From: Cytophagaceae bacterium
GTDB taxonomy: Bacteria > Bacteroidota > Bacteroidia > Cytophagales > Spirosomataceae
Assembly: GCA_947471105.1 (NCBI GenBank)
Contig: CANIYB010000001.1
Location: 1 to 36,540 of the forward strand
Length of the DNA stretch: 36,540 nucleotides
Reading direction: 5' to 3'
A program made the translations under genes and the position numbers. The notes beneath the pieces were generated by a model. It was not told the DNA's origin, ran no database searches, and saw nothing but the letters and a program-made list of their open reading frames with translations. Positions 26,135 to 35,581 of the stretch are shown piece by piece (position 1 is the first letter of the stretch; every line of letters begins with the position of its first letter).

Positions 26135-28941
26135 TAAAAACCTAAATCTAAAACTAGTGGATAAAATTCATATTGATTTAATCGAGGCTTATATAATAAT
26201 CTAATTCCAAGGTCAAAACCCTGAGAAAAGCGTAAAACGTGAAAGTTAGATGAAACATCTAAACCAACGGATTCATATGATTTATACAGATTTGAATTGT
26301 TTAAATCAGGAACGCCTCTGCTTACATCCAAAAACACATTTCCTTTAAATCGAGTAAAATACAATAAGCGACCCATTTTTATCGACGTATTAGCGATAGG
26401 AAATTTATAATCTAATGACAAATTAGTCCATCGCTGATTGATCTCATACAGATATCCTCTAGTAAAGACAAAAGGACTATTTAGATTATAATTACCCTTC
26501 ATCTCTTGTTGGAATGTTGCTTTTATCAATACTCCATGATTTTTCAAGAAACCAGGTAAGTAAATTTTCGCTTGCATTCCCCATAATTCAGACTGAAGCG
26601 ATTGCTTGAAAGGCATCCCATTCCAATACAAATTAAATTGATACCCAAACTTAGACTGAAGATCCCAAAGAGATTTATTTAATAATTTTGAATAATTTAT
26701 TTGATATATCATGGACGAGTATGTTCCATCAAAAGCTTCTGATTTATACCGCAAGGGCAGATTATACCCATCTACCTTAAATATTGAATAAGTACTCGAC
26801 ACATATAATTGTTCTTGGAATGCTCCCCGAGTAAGTAACAAAGGCAGCCTAATACCTACATCCATTTTGGTTTGATTCCATTGATCCGATCTCAAACTAT
26901 CCAAAGGACTTGTTTTATCAACATAAATAGATGTGTTCCTAGCACCTTGCTGAAAAGAAAAATCAAATACCGGAAACCATCCTTGATACGAAGCACGAAG
27001 GTATTTCGTTCCGGTTTGCTCACTGGCATCATACATATATCCTAAGCCCAATTGGAGCGTATTGGTTAAATTTTTTGACAATAAACCTATATCCAATTTA
27101 TTAAATTGAGAATTTATTATAGGTCCCCAAGCATATGGATTAACAATATTCCAACGGCTATAAGAAGCGACTTCAAATTTCTCTTGCTTAGGCTCAATAG
27201 GAAGAACCGTTGAAGGGTCACTTAAATGGATTGAATGAGATTCTTGTAAGCGGCCTAAACCAATTTGGCTTCCCAATGCGGAATAGTTTGAAAAAATAAA
27301 GGGTTCAGTAGCTTCGGAAGAAAAAGATGCCGCATAGGCTCCAAATTGTGTTTTGGTAACATAATTTATTGAATTGTCTTTAAAATTCCATCGTGCTATT
27401 TGGTCTACTGGGCCAACGGGCAAATTGAAATACACAAAATCTTCATGCAAAAAAGTACTTGCTATATTGTTTGAACCAAAATCACGCTTTGCAATTACCT
27501 TATGTTGCAAATAATTATAAACAACTATTTGTTTATGGCCATGCTGAAGTAAAATATAGGACAATAAGCCATTGGAAGATACTCTGGGCTGGATTACTTG
27601 CATCGATGAATGAAAACCTATGCTGTCAATTAAATATCTTGTTTCCTTCTCATGTATTTTCAAAGTCGAACTCCCATCATTTTGCAATTCTAAATAGGAG
27701 AGGTACTTAGAATCCGAACTAATACTTGGACATATCCACTTTCTATTATTAGTCCAAATCGTTTTCTCATTGTGCTTTAAGTCATAAAAAACTAATTTAG
27801 TATGCTGTTTTTGAGTCCATCTTGGATGGTACATGATTTCAGACCAAACAACATATTGATCCGACGCGGAAAGCATATTGCTCGGGTAAACAGGTCCTAA
27901 TAAACATAATTTTCGTTCTTTGGAATTTTCAATCATCACTAAGGATGGAATTTCTTGGAAGCTTGATTTGATCGCGACGACTTTGCCATTTCCAATACTT
28001 TGTGGAAAGTCATAAGAGGTAAATCCACTTTTAATTTTTGGGGAAATAATTGAATAGGAAGAATCAACATCTTTTTTTCGAATAGTATCCAATTGCTTTT
28101 GTAAAATATGAGCAACATATTGATCAATATTTACCCCATATCTCTTTTTTACTTCCTTTGAGAAAGAAAATAATCGAGGTTTATTTAATGTATTTTGCCA
28201 TATTTTACCTATCTCGTCAACTCCAAATTGGGACGTTAAATTATGCGTAATAAATTGGCCAAAAACATAATGATTGGGCATGTTTTCCCTGAAATTCCTA
28301 GCCATTAATTTACTGTAGCTCGGAACACCAAATTGAGCTAAATAAGCATTTAACGTATTTGAGAACTGAGGAATGTTAGATCTACCAATTTGATTATTTA
28401 AACGGGTTTCAGTTTCTACCGCATCACCCTCCCATAACCAATTGGGGATCATTAGATTACTATAAAGGCCTTGGCCATTACTCCCCCACAAAAGTTTAAA
28501 AACACGGCTGACTCCTGTAGTGGCCAAATCATTTTGATAAATATGCCTCGTTTCGTGACTAGCTAATAAATTAAGCCAATCATTGGTTGCTTGAAGGCTG
28601 GCATCTTGACTTGGCGTCGTATAAAATTCACCCCTAGGCGCAAAAAGACTAATAAAACCATTTGAACTCAAACCTTGATTTTGTAAAATAATGGACCATT
28701 TATTGCGTAAATCTTTCATTGACATTTTAGCTGCAGGCCATTGTTCAGACAAATACTTTGCTGTTGAAAATGCTAAGGAATCAGCACCTTCTAAATAAAT
28801 TACGCGAACTCTTTTACCCGGGATATTTATTTGCTTAAAATGCAAATTGGAGGGATTTTGTTCTAATATCGGATATAATATTTGAGAAAATCCAGAAAAT
28901 GAAATGACAATTGAAAATGAAAAGATAATTCTTAAAACCAT
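26134..28941 (-). CDS. Outer-membrane protein: gluzincin (HExxH) domain, TolB-like propeller and C-terminal Omp85-like beta-barrel
   Basis: Signal peptide from ATG 28941 (MVLRIIFSFS); HETRH plus PNWLWEGDA; propeller-like repeats (CPSISSDSKYLSY, QPRVSSNG); amphipathic strands, TRGY motif, terminal Phe (DLGF). Confidence 0.65.
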   Translation of the reverse strand: MVLRIIFSFSIVISFSGFSQILYPILEQNPSNLHFKQINIPGKRVRVIYLEGADSLAFSTAKYLSEQWPAAKMSMKDLRNKWSIILQNQGLSSNGFISLFAPRGEFYTTPSQDASLQATNDWLNLLASHETRHIYQNDLATTGVSRVFKLLWGSNGQGLYSNLMIPNWLWEGDAVETETRLNNQIGRSNIPQFSNTLNAYLAQFGVPSYSKLMARNFRENMPNHYVFGQFITHNLTSQFGVDEIGKIWQNTLNKPRLFSFSKEVKKRYGVNIDQYVAHILQKQLDTIRKKDVDSSYSIISPKIKSGFTSYDFPQSIGNGKVVAIKSSFQEIPSLVMIENSKERKLCLLGPVYPSNMLSASDQYVVWSEIMYHPRWTQKQHTKLVFYDLKHNEKTIWTNNRKWICPSISSDSKYLSYLELQNDGSSTLKIHEKETRYLIDSIGFHSSMQVIQPRVSSNGLLSYILLQHGHKQIVVYNYLQHKVIAKRDFGSNNIASTFLHEDFVYFNLPVGPVDQIARWNFKDNSINYVTKTQFGAYAASFSSEATEPFIFSNYSALGSQIGLGRLQESHSIHLSDPSTVLPIEPKQEKFEVASYSRWNIVNPYAWGPIINSQFNKLDIGLLSKNLTNTLQLGLGYMYDASEQTGTKYLRASYQGWFPVFDFSFQQGARNTSIYVDKTSPLDSLRSDQWNQTKMDVGIRLPLLLTRGAFQEQLYVSSTYSIFKVDGYNLPLRYKSEAFDGTYSSMIYQINYSKLLNKSLWDLQSKFGYQFNLYWNGMPFKQSLQSELWGMQAKIYLPGFLKNHGVLIKATFQQEMKGNYNLNSPFVFTRGYLYEINQRWTNLSLDYKFPIANTSIKMGRLLYFTRFKGNVFLDVSRGVPDLNNSNLYKSYESVGLDVSSNFHVLRFSQGFDLGIRLLYKPRLNQYEFYPLVLDLGF

Positions 28942-30356
28942 TTTAAGACCTGCTCTATGAGCCATTTAGTTTTAAAGTTGTAAGGCGGATAAAAATTATT
29001 TAACAGATTCGTATATTGTTTTAAAACTGATTTTTGATTTGAAAATTCTTGAAAGCCAAATAAACCTCCGGATTTACCAATACCCGAATTATTTACACCA
29101 CCAAAGGGTAGATTAGAATGGCCAAACTGTATCAGGCAATCATTCACTACACTTGTCCCCGAACTTGTATTATTTAAAATATAATCTGAAAACAAAGCAT
29201 CTTTAGAAAAAACGTAAAGAGCCAAAGGCTTTTCCTCTTTTAATAATTTTGTCACTATTTCATTTTCTTCCTTAAATGTTAAAATGGGTAAAATAGGTCC
29301 AAAAATCTCTTCCTGCATGATTAACATTTCATCCGTACAATTTGTCAAAAGGGTAGGTGCTATAAAACAAGTCGATTCATCTATTTCGCCTCCAGAAATG
29401 ATGGTGGCTCCTTTGGATTTGGCATCATCTAATAAATGACATATTCGATTAAAATGTTTTTTATTCACTATTCGAGCATAATCACTGCTATTTTTTATAC
29501 CCTTATTATCTTGGTCGTAAAATAATTTTATCGTCTCCTCTAGTGCGCCAATAAATGAATAATACACCTTTTCATGTACATAAACATAATCCGGTGCAAT
29601 GCAGGTTTGCCCATTATTTAAAAATTTACCCCAAGCGATTTTTTGAGCTGTTGATGCTATGTCCACATTCGAATCAATAATCGCAGGTGATTTCCCCCCT
29701 AATTCAAGTGTCACTGATGTCAAATGTTTTGCAGCGGCCTGCATAACGACCTTCCCGATAGCAGGACTACCCGTAAAAAATATGTGATCAAATTTCTGTT
29801 CTAACAAATAAGTGGATACAATTGCATCCCCTTCAAAAACAGCCACTTCGCTTTCATCAAACAAAGACAAAATCATTTTTTTGATAAAGGATGACGTATT
29901 AGGACTTAATTCAGAAGGCTTTAAAATCACAGCATTACCTGCTGCAATCGCATGAACGAGTGGATTAATCGCTAAATTAAACGGGTAGTTCCAAGGGGCT
30001 ATAATTAAACAAAGACCTTTAGCCTCCGACATGATGTAGCCTTTAGTTCCTAACAGCAAAAGTGGAGTTCCTACTTTTCTAGGCTTCATCCACGATTTCA
30101 AATGAGAGATAATATGAGCTATTTCCCTTTTAACCCCGAGCAACTCACCTATAACAACTTCTGAACTAGGTTTTTTAAAATCAGCATATAACGCATCATA
30201 TAGCTCTTGCTTGTGCGCAAGCATATATTTTTCTATTGATTTTAATTTAGCTATGCGTTCTTCTGGACTAGCATTTTTTAACCTTTGGCAGGATGATTTT
30301 TGCAAAAAAACCACTTTTTCAATAGCCTGTTCGATTGTATTTAGATCGTTCATCAT
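28932..30356 (-). CDS. Aldehyde dehydrogenase (ALDH3/fatty-aldehyde type)
   Basis: PWNYP, KPSE, FTGS, LELGGKSP, GQTCIAPDY (catalytic Cys), EEIFGP, PFGGVNNSG. Confidence 0.93.
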   Translation of the reverse strand: MMNDLNTIEQAIEKVVFLQKSSCQRLKNASPEERIAKLKSIEKYMLAHKQELYDALYADFKKPSSEVVIGELLGVKREIAHIISHLKSWMKPRKVGTPLLLLGTKGYIMSEAKGLCLIIAPWNYPFNLAINPLVHAIAAGNAVILKPSELSPNTSSFIKKMILSLFDESEVAVFEGDAIVSTYLLEQKFDHIFFTGSPAIGKVVMQAAAKHLTSVTLELGGKSPAIIDSNVDIASTAQKIAWGKFLNNGQTCIAPDYVYVHEKVYYSFIGALEETIKLFYDQDNKGIKNSSDYARIVNKKHFNRICHLLDDAKSKGATIISGGEIDESTCFIAPTLLTNCTDEMLIMQEEIFGPILPILTFKEENEIVTKLLKEEKPLALYVFSKDALFSDYILNNTSSGTSVVNDCLIQFGHSNLPFGGVNNSGIGKSGGLFGFQEFSNQKSVLKQYTNLLNNFYPPYNFKTKWLIEQVLKWF

Positions 30357-30361
30357 AAATT

Positions 30362-31120
30362 TTATTGAAATAACTCCCTTAATTTCATTTCTAATATATC
30401 AAAATAATTCGTGTTTCCACTAGGTTTCCTGAGTGAATCTCCTGCAATATACCAAAATCCATCACCCGGAAATACCGCAAATGAACTTGATTTTTTTAAA
30501 TCCTCTAAAGCTTTATCTGTAATAAATTCAGCAATAAAGACTGTATTAACGATATCTTGTAATTTATCCCAGTCGGATATTGTTTCTACCTGACCACTAG
30601 AATTTGAATACGTAAAATTAAGATTAGCAAAGGACATTTCGCCCTGATATTTATTCCAAGTATCGTTTTCATCTTTAAACTGAAAACCTAAAAATAATGG
30701 GTATTCTTTTCCTGCCACTTCATAAATGGCTTGCATTAATTCTTGAATCAGGTTTTCTTCAAAATCTAAAAATCTAGGCACATAGGTTGACGAATTAGCC
30801 GCTTCAATCGCAATAAAAGGCTCAGCATCTTTAGGATCACAAGAACCTGACTTGTATTTAGAAAAACTAAGGGCCAATCGATTCTTCCAAATGATGGGTA
30901 AATCACCCGACCATTCAAATTTATCTTCAACACTTAAACCTTCAGCGATCAATTCTTCACTTGAGAAATCTTCTCTTTCTACATATTGGACATGTAAGGA
31001 CAGTTCTAATTTATCATTTTCAAAACTCTTAAACTCAAATAAGGCCTCAAAATGATAAGGTGCTGGAATATCACTAGGACTTTCATAGAAAAGTTTGAAA
31101 TCGTGTTTAAAAAAGTCCAT
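30362..31120 (-). CDS. Hypothetical protein (acidic, cytoplasmic)
   Basis: 252-aa ORF packed between menE (2-nt gap) and ALDH (5-nt gap); no motif recognised. Confidence 0.75.
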   Translation of the reverse strand: MDFFKHDFKLFYESPSDIPAPYHFEALFEFKSFENDKLELSLHVQYVEREDFSSEELIAEGLSVEDKFEWSGDLPIIWKNRLALSFSKYKSGSCDPKDAEPFIAIEAANSSTYVPRFLDFEENLIQELMQAIYEVAGKEYPLFLGFQFKDENDTWNKYQGEMSFANLNFTYSNSSGQVETISDWDKLQDIVNTVFIAEFITDKALEDLKKSSSFAVFPGDGFWYIAGDSLRKPSGNTNYFDILEMKLRELFQ

Positions 31121-31122
31121 GC

Positions 31123-32187
31123 TTATGTTTTTAGATTGTTTAAATACAAAGTTAATGTATTTGGACGATCAATTTTTCCAGATTTTGTATATAAAAATTC
31201 AGGTAAAACGATTATTTGCTTAGGAACTTCCCAAGACTCTAAATTCGATTTCAAATAATCAACTAGTTGTAATTTAAAATAAATTTCTTCTTTTGATTCA
31301 ATAAATAAAACTAATTTTTGACCGTAAAAATCATCTTTTAAGCCCCAAGCGAAGATTTTAAACAAATAAGAATTAAGTGTAAAAAAAGCGAGGCAATATT
31401 TTTCAATCCGTTCAGGATTAATTTTTCTTCCTCCTGAATTGATGATAAAATCTTTTCTGCCTACGATTCTGAATTGCTTATCATTGACTAACTCAGCTAC
31501 ATCATTTGTTTCAACCCATTGATTTAATGTACTAGGCGAATTGATGCATAAACAACTCTCATGATTAATTCTAATCTTAACTTGAGGAAAACATTGATAA
31601 AAATTAGCTTCCCTACTTACTGGCCTAAACGCAATATGAGAAGAGGTTTCTGTCATTCCATACGTTTGAAAAATAGGCAAATGGATGTCTCTTGTCTCTA
31701 ATTCCAATGAGGGTGTCAATTCCGATCCACCGATTAAAATACCTTTAACTTCAGAAAAAATGGAAAATAAATTTCGACTTGATTGAAGAATGGTAGACCA
31801 CTGTGTTGTCACAAAAGATGCCAGATGAATATTGACTGGATTTGTAATTCCTTCTAAGGGGTTTTGTGAAGGTTCGATAATGACAAGGTTAAGCTTTAAA
31901 ACTAATGCTCGGACAAGCATCATGGCCCCCGCTATATACTCAACAGGCAAACAAAGCAAAACATTGTCTCCCTCATGTAGATTGAGCCAATGCTTTGTCA
32001 TTTTGGCTGATTCAATCATACTCAATCTCGACAGATAAATAGGCTTAGGCTTTCCTGTAGAACCACTCGTATGAAATAAAAACTCGTTTTTACCCAATTT
32101 CCACTGTTCGCAAAAATCAAATACTTCTCTTTGAAAAGAATTAATTGGTTCTGGATAATTAGCATTATGTGGATTAAATACGAGCAT
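31123..32187 (-). CDS. menE: O-succinylbenzoate--CoA ligase (short Bacteroidota type)
   Basis: AMP-binding TSGSTGKPK, YGMTET, GRKD..INSGG.KI.PE, TKSGKIDR; close to menB. Confidence 0.8.
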   Translation of the reverse strand: MLVFNPHNANYPEPINSFQREVFDFCEQWKLGKNEFLFHTSGSTGKPKPIYLSRLSMIESAKMTKHWLNLHEGDNVLLCLPVEYIAGAMMLVRALVLKLNLVIIEPSQNPLEGITNPVNIHLASFVTTQWSTILQSSRNLFSIFSEVKGILIGGSELTPSLELETRDIHLPIFQTYGMTETSSHIAFRPVSREANFYQCFPQVKIRINHESCLCINSPSTLNQWVETNDVAELVNDKQFRIVGRKDFIINSGGRKINPERIEKYCLAFFTLNSYLFKIFAWGLKDDFYGQKLVLFIESKEEIYFKLQLVDYLKSNLESWEVPKQIIVLPEFLYTKSGKIDRPNTLTLYLNNLKT

Positions 32188-32203
32188 AAATTAATATTCT
32201 CTC

Positions 32204-32232
32204 CAAAATTAGCCAAACATTCTCTAATTTCG
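32204..32232. promoter_or_regulatory. Divergent -7 elements for menE (TAATTTTG, - strand, 32204-32211) and DUF2452-menB (TAATTTCG, + strand, 32225-32232)
   Basis: One exact and one single-mismatch TAnnTTTG match in the 84-bp divergent spacer. Confidence 0.45.
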
Positions 32233-32271
32233 TGGGTTAATAAGGGGTTCAATCATAATTAACAATTATTC

Positions 32272-32727
32272 ATGTCAGAAGAACCATTTTTAAATCCTAT
32301 AAATCCTGAAAAGGTTGCTCAAAATCCTGGGTTGCTTCCTTATGCCCACACTGCCGGTGGAGCCATTATTAAGCCGGAGGATATGGGTAAAACGAAGGGG
32401 AGATCGGTAAAAGCCATGCGCCAACAAACCGATCGGCAAATGAATCAGCTGTATGAACAAATGGAGGTTTTAGCCAAACAAGCAAAACTTTTATCCGAAC
32501 GTAAAGAAATTTCAGAACGAATTTATGATGCAGCTATGGGTTTTGAACCTATCATTAGTGAAACCTATTATTTATATGAAAAAGAATCAGGTCAAGATTT
32601 ATTATCTTTAGTAGCCCCGGAAGAATGGGGTCGATCCTTTAAATACAGTAGATTTTTAGCAAAAGTAACATTACTCGCAGATCACACGTGGGATGTCACT
32701 TATAACGATGATTTAAACGATAAGTAA
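32272..32727 (+). CDS. DUF2452 family protein
   Basis: LLPY....GG, coiled-coil segment, IY.A.MGFEP...[19 protein letters not shown]. Confidence 0.75.
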   Translation: MSEEPFLNPINPEKVAQNPGLLPYAHTAGGAIIKPEDMGKTKGRSVKAMRQQTDRQMNQLYEQMEVLAKQAKLLSERKEISERIYDAAMGFEPIISETYYLYEKESGQDLLSLVAPEEWGRSFKYSRFLAKVTLLADHTWDVTYNDDLNDK

Positions 32728-32728
32728 C

Positions 32729-33553
32729 ATGATAACAAAAGTTAATTGGGAAACCATTAAAGAATACAAAGATATTTTGTTTCAATTTCATCAAGGAATT
32801 GGCAAAATTTCAATCAATAGACCCCATAAGCATAACGCATTTACTCCATTAACCGTACAAGAAATGTCTGAGGCAATGGAATTAGCACGGCAAGATACAA
32901 GAATAGGAGTGATCATTTTAACAGGAGAAGGCGGAAAAGCATTCTGTTCTGGAGGTGATCAAAGCGTACGTGGAGACGGTGGTTATGTTGGAAAAGACCA
33001 AGTACCTAGATTAAATGTGTTGGATTTACAAAGACAGATACGCACAATTCCAAAACCTGTAATCGCCATGGTGGCAGGCTGGGCCATAGGTGGGGGGCAT
33101 GTTTTACATGTCATTTGCGACTTAAGTATTGCAGCAGAAAACGCTCGATTTGGTCAGACTGGGCCTAATGTCGGTTCATTTGATGGAGGTTTTGGAGCAT
33201 CTTATTTGGCCCGAGTGGTTGGTCAAAAAAAAGCAAGAGAAATTTGGTATTTATGTGATCAATATGATGCAAAAGAGGCTTATGAAATGGGTCTAGTCAA
33301 TAAAGTTGTCCCTTTAGATGAATTAGAAAGCACCACGATTTCTTGGTGTGAAAGAATTCTTGAAAAAAGTCCCTTAGCGTTAAGAATGTTAAAATCCTCT
33401 TTTAATGCTGAATTAGATGGCCAAGCCGGCATTCAAGAGCTTGCCGGGAATGCTACATTGCTTTATTATTTATCGGATGAAGCGAAAGAGGGCAAAAATG
33501 CTTTTCTAGAAAAGCGCAAACCTGATTTTTCTAAATTCCCTAAATTCCCATAA
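32729..33553 (+). CDS. menB: 1,4-dihydroxy-2-naphthoyl-CoA synthase
   Basis: [52 protein letters not shown]. Confidence 0.97.
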   Translation: MITKVNWETIKEYKDILFQFHQGIGKISINRPHKHNAFTPLTVQEMSEAMELARQDTRIGVIILTGEGGKAFCSGGDQSVRGDGGYVGKDQVPRLNVLDLQRQIRTIPKPVIAMVAGWAIGGGHVLHVICDLSIAAENARFGQTGPNVGSFDGGFGASYLARVVGQKKAREIWYLCDQYDAKEAYEMGLVNKVVPLDELESTTISWCERILEKSPLALRMLKSSFNAELDGQAGIQELAGNATLLYYLSDEAKEGKNAFLEKRKPDFSKFPKFP

Positions 33554-33554
33554 G

Positions 33555-33959
33555 ATGAATTATTGGTTAGTAAAATCAGAACCTTTCAAATATTCTTGGG
33601 ATGATTTCGTTAAAGAAGGGAAATCCGTTTGGGATGGGGTAAGAAATTACCAAGCAAGAAATAACATGAAAGAAATGAAAAAGGGAGATTGGGTCTTTTT
33701 TTATCATTCAAATGAAGGAATGGAAGTTGTAGGACTAGCCGAGGTCAAAAAAGAATTTTTTCAAGATCCCACTACAGAAGATCCAAGATGGGTAGTCGTA
33801 GAAATCGTACCCATAAAAAAATTCAATAAAACAGTTACTTTAAAAATGATGAAATCCGATGATCGTTTGTCTAATTTAGCTTTAATCAAACAATCAAGAT
33901 TGTCGGTCACTCCTGTGGGTAAGCAAGAATTTGACATTATATTAAGTTTAGCTGAGTAG
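33555..33959 (+). CDS. EVE domain protein (PUA-like)
   Basis: YWLVKSEP, WDGVRNYQARN, FFYHS, DPT, RLSVTPV. Confidence 0.93.
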   Translation: MNYWLVKSEPFKYSWDDFVKEGKSVWDGVRNYQARNNMKEMKKGDWVFFYHSNEGMEVVGLAEVKKEFFQDPTTEDPRWVVVEIVPIKKFNKTVTLKMMKSDDRLSNLALIKQSRLSVTPVGKQEFDIILSLAE

Positions 33960-33963
33960 GACT

Positions 33964-35580
33964 ATGAAAAATCTATTGTTATTTATTGTGTTTCAAATTG
34001 TGGCGGCACAAATCGCTTGTGGGCAAATCAATAATAAAAGAATAGAATTTCCCATTCAAGGAACTGATTTAGAATCATTTAATATTCCGATCGGCGATCA
34101 AGGAGTAATTGTCTTATCACAATTAAATAAGCAATCATTTAACATTCGTAAATTCTCTACTGATTTAGAGCAATTATGGAGCAGTAATACAAATTTGGAG
34201 GCTAACTTAGATTATGTTACTTCTAGCTTTGATGGAACCGTTTTATCATTACTATTTAGCCGATTTAGAAGTAATTCATATATAATATTCAGAGTTAAAG
34301 TAAATTCCGGAGAAATTACTAAATACCAAATTTATTCCGTCGACCGAATTGAAATTTCTAATTTCAAGGCCTTAAATTACTCTTTGTTCATAGGCGGCAT
34401 GGTGAATAATCAGCCTATCATTTTATTCACTAATTTAAAAGAGCGTAAAACAAGGATTTTACCAGCTGTTGTCAAAGGCCAAGCTGAAATTCAATCCATG
34501 GATTTAGACACGATTCAGCAACAAATAAACGTAACTTATTCGGTAGGTAGTAAGGCGAAGGATTATCAATTAATCATCAAATCATTTGATGAAGATGGGA
34601 ATCAAATCGGCCAAGTCTATATGAATCCTAGTGAAGAATTTGCGATGATGAATGGGAAATTAAACCAGATAAATGACTCATTACAAGTTATAGTAGGTAC
34701 TTATGGCCATAAAAATAGTATAGGTTCATCGCGAGGTCCTAGTTCACAGGGGTTATATTTCAACTCATTTATAGATGGCAATATCATTAAATCAACTTAT
34801 TATAGTTTCACCAAGTTTAATGACTTTTTTAATTTTTTAACTCCTAAACAAAAGGAGAGGCAGGAGAAAAAAATAAAAGATAAAGAAATTAAAGGAGAAG
34901 ATTTGAGATTAGATTACCGGTTGCTGATGCATGATATTATCAAAAATGGAGAAAATTACATCATCATCGCTGAGGCATTCTATCCAGATTATAAATATAA
35001 TAATTACAGTCCTTTCGGAGGATCCATGTTGATGGGCGGCTTAGGCGGATTCTATTCCCCTTATTGGAATATGATGAATCCGTATCGTTGGGGTTATGGG
35101 AATTATGGCATGTATTCCCCATTTTCAAGTTATTATAGTCCGTGGGGATACCGTGGATATAATTCATATGGCAACCAACAGCAATTTGATGGCTGGATTT
35201 ATACGCATGCAGTCATTGCAGAATTAGATAAGGATGGAAAATTGCTTTGGGATCATTGCATCGATTTAAATGATAGTAGAGAATCAAAATTGATTCAGAA
35301 AATAAAAGCTTCAGTCGTAAGTAATACAGTGTATTTATCCTACCATCAAAATGATCAAATTATCACCAAATCCATTTCAAATAATGGAAAGAATGAAGCA
35401 TTAAGAGTTCAAGAAATCATCCCTGAGGATAAATTAGATAAGGTAAGAAGAACCGTAAAATCCGAAATCAACTATTGGTATGGCCCTTACTTCATTGCCG
35501 ACGGATATCAAACTATTACGAACCAAGAGGAAGGAAGAAGAAATGTATTCTTCTTAAACAAAATTCAAATCAATCCATAA
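33964..35580 (+). CDS. Exported hypothetical protein, beta-rich, with a Tyr/Gly-rich insertion
   Basis: Signal peptide MKNLLLFIVFQIVAAQIACG; propeller-like strands (ELDKDGKLLWD); low-complexity segment at about residues 340-409. Confidence 0.75.
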   Translation: MKNLLLFIVFQIVAAQIACGQINNKRIEFPIQGTDLESFNIPIGDQGVIVLSQLNKQSFNIRKFSTDLEQLWSSNTNLEANLDYVTSSFDGTVLSLLFSRFRSNSYIIFRVKVNSGEITKYQIYSVDRIEISNFKALNYSLFIGGMVNNQPIILFTNLKERKTRILPAVVKGQAEIQSMDLDTIQQQINVTYSVGSKAKDYQLIIKSFDEDGNQIGQVYMNPSEEFAMMNGKLNQINDSLQVIVGTYGHKNSIGSSRGPSSQGLYFNSFIDGNIIKSTYYSFTKFNDFFNFLTPKQKERQEKKIKDKEIKGEDLRLDYRLLMHDIIKNGENYIIIAEAFYPDYKYNNYSPFGGSMLMGGLGGFYSPYWNMMNPYRWGYGNYGMYSPFSSYYSPWGYRGYNSYGNQQQFDGWIYTHAVIAELDKDGKLLWDHCIDLNDSRESKLIQKIKASVVSNTVYLSYHQNDQIITKSISNNGKNEALRVQEIIPEDKLDKVRRTVKSEINYWYGPYFIADGYQTITNQEEGRRNVFFLNKIQINP

Positions 35581-35581
35581 A

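Noticed and set aside
28942-28965. Earlier start (MAHRAGLK) for the barrel protein
   Set aside because: Lies deeper inside the ALDH 3' end; ATG 28941 gives a cleaner signal peptide and a short overlap.
33555-33959. EVE protein as part of a modification-dependent restriction system
   Set aside because: Stand-alone EVE with no nuclease or ATPase fused or adjacent, in a housekeeping context.
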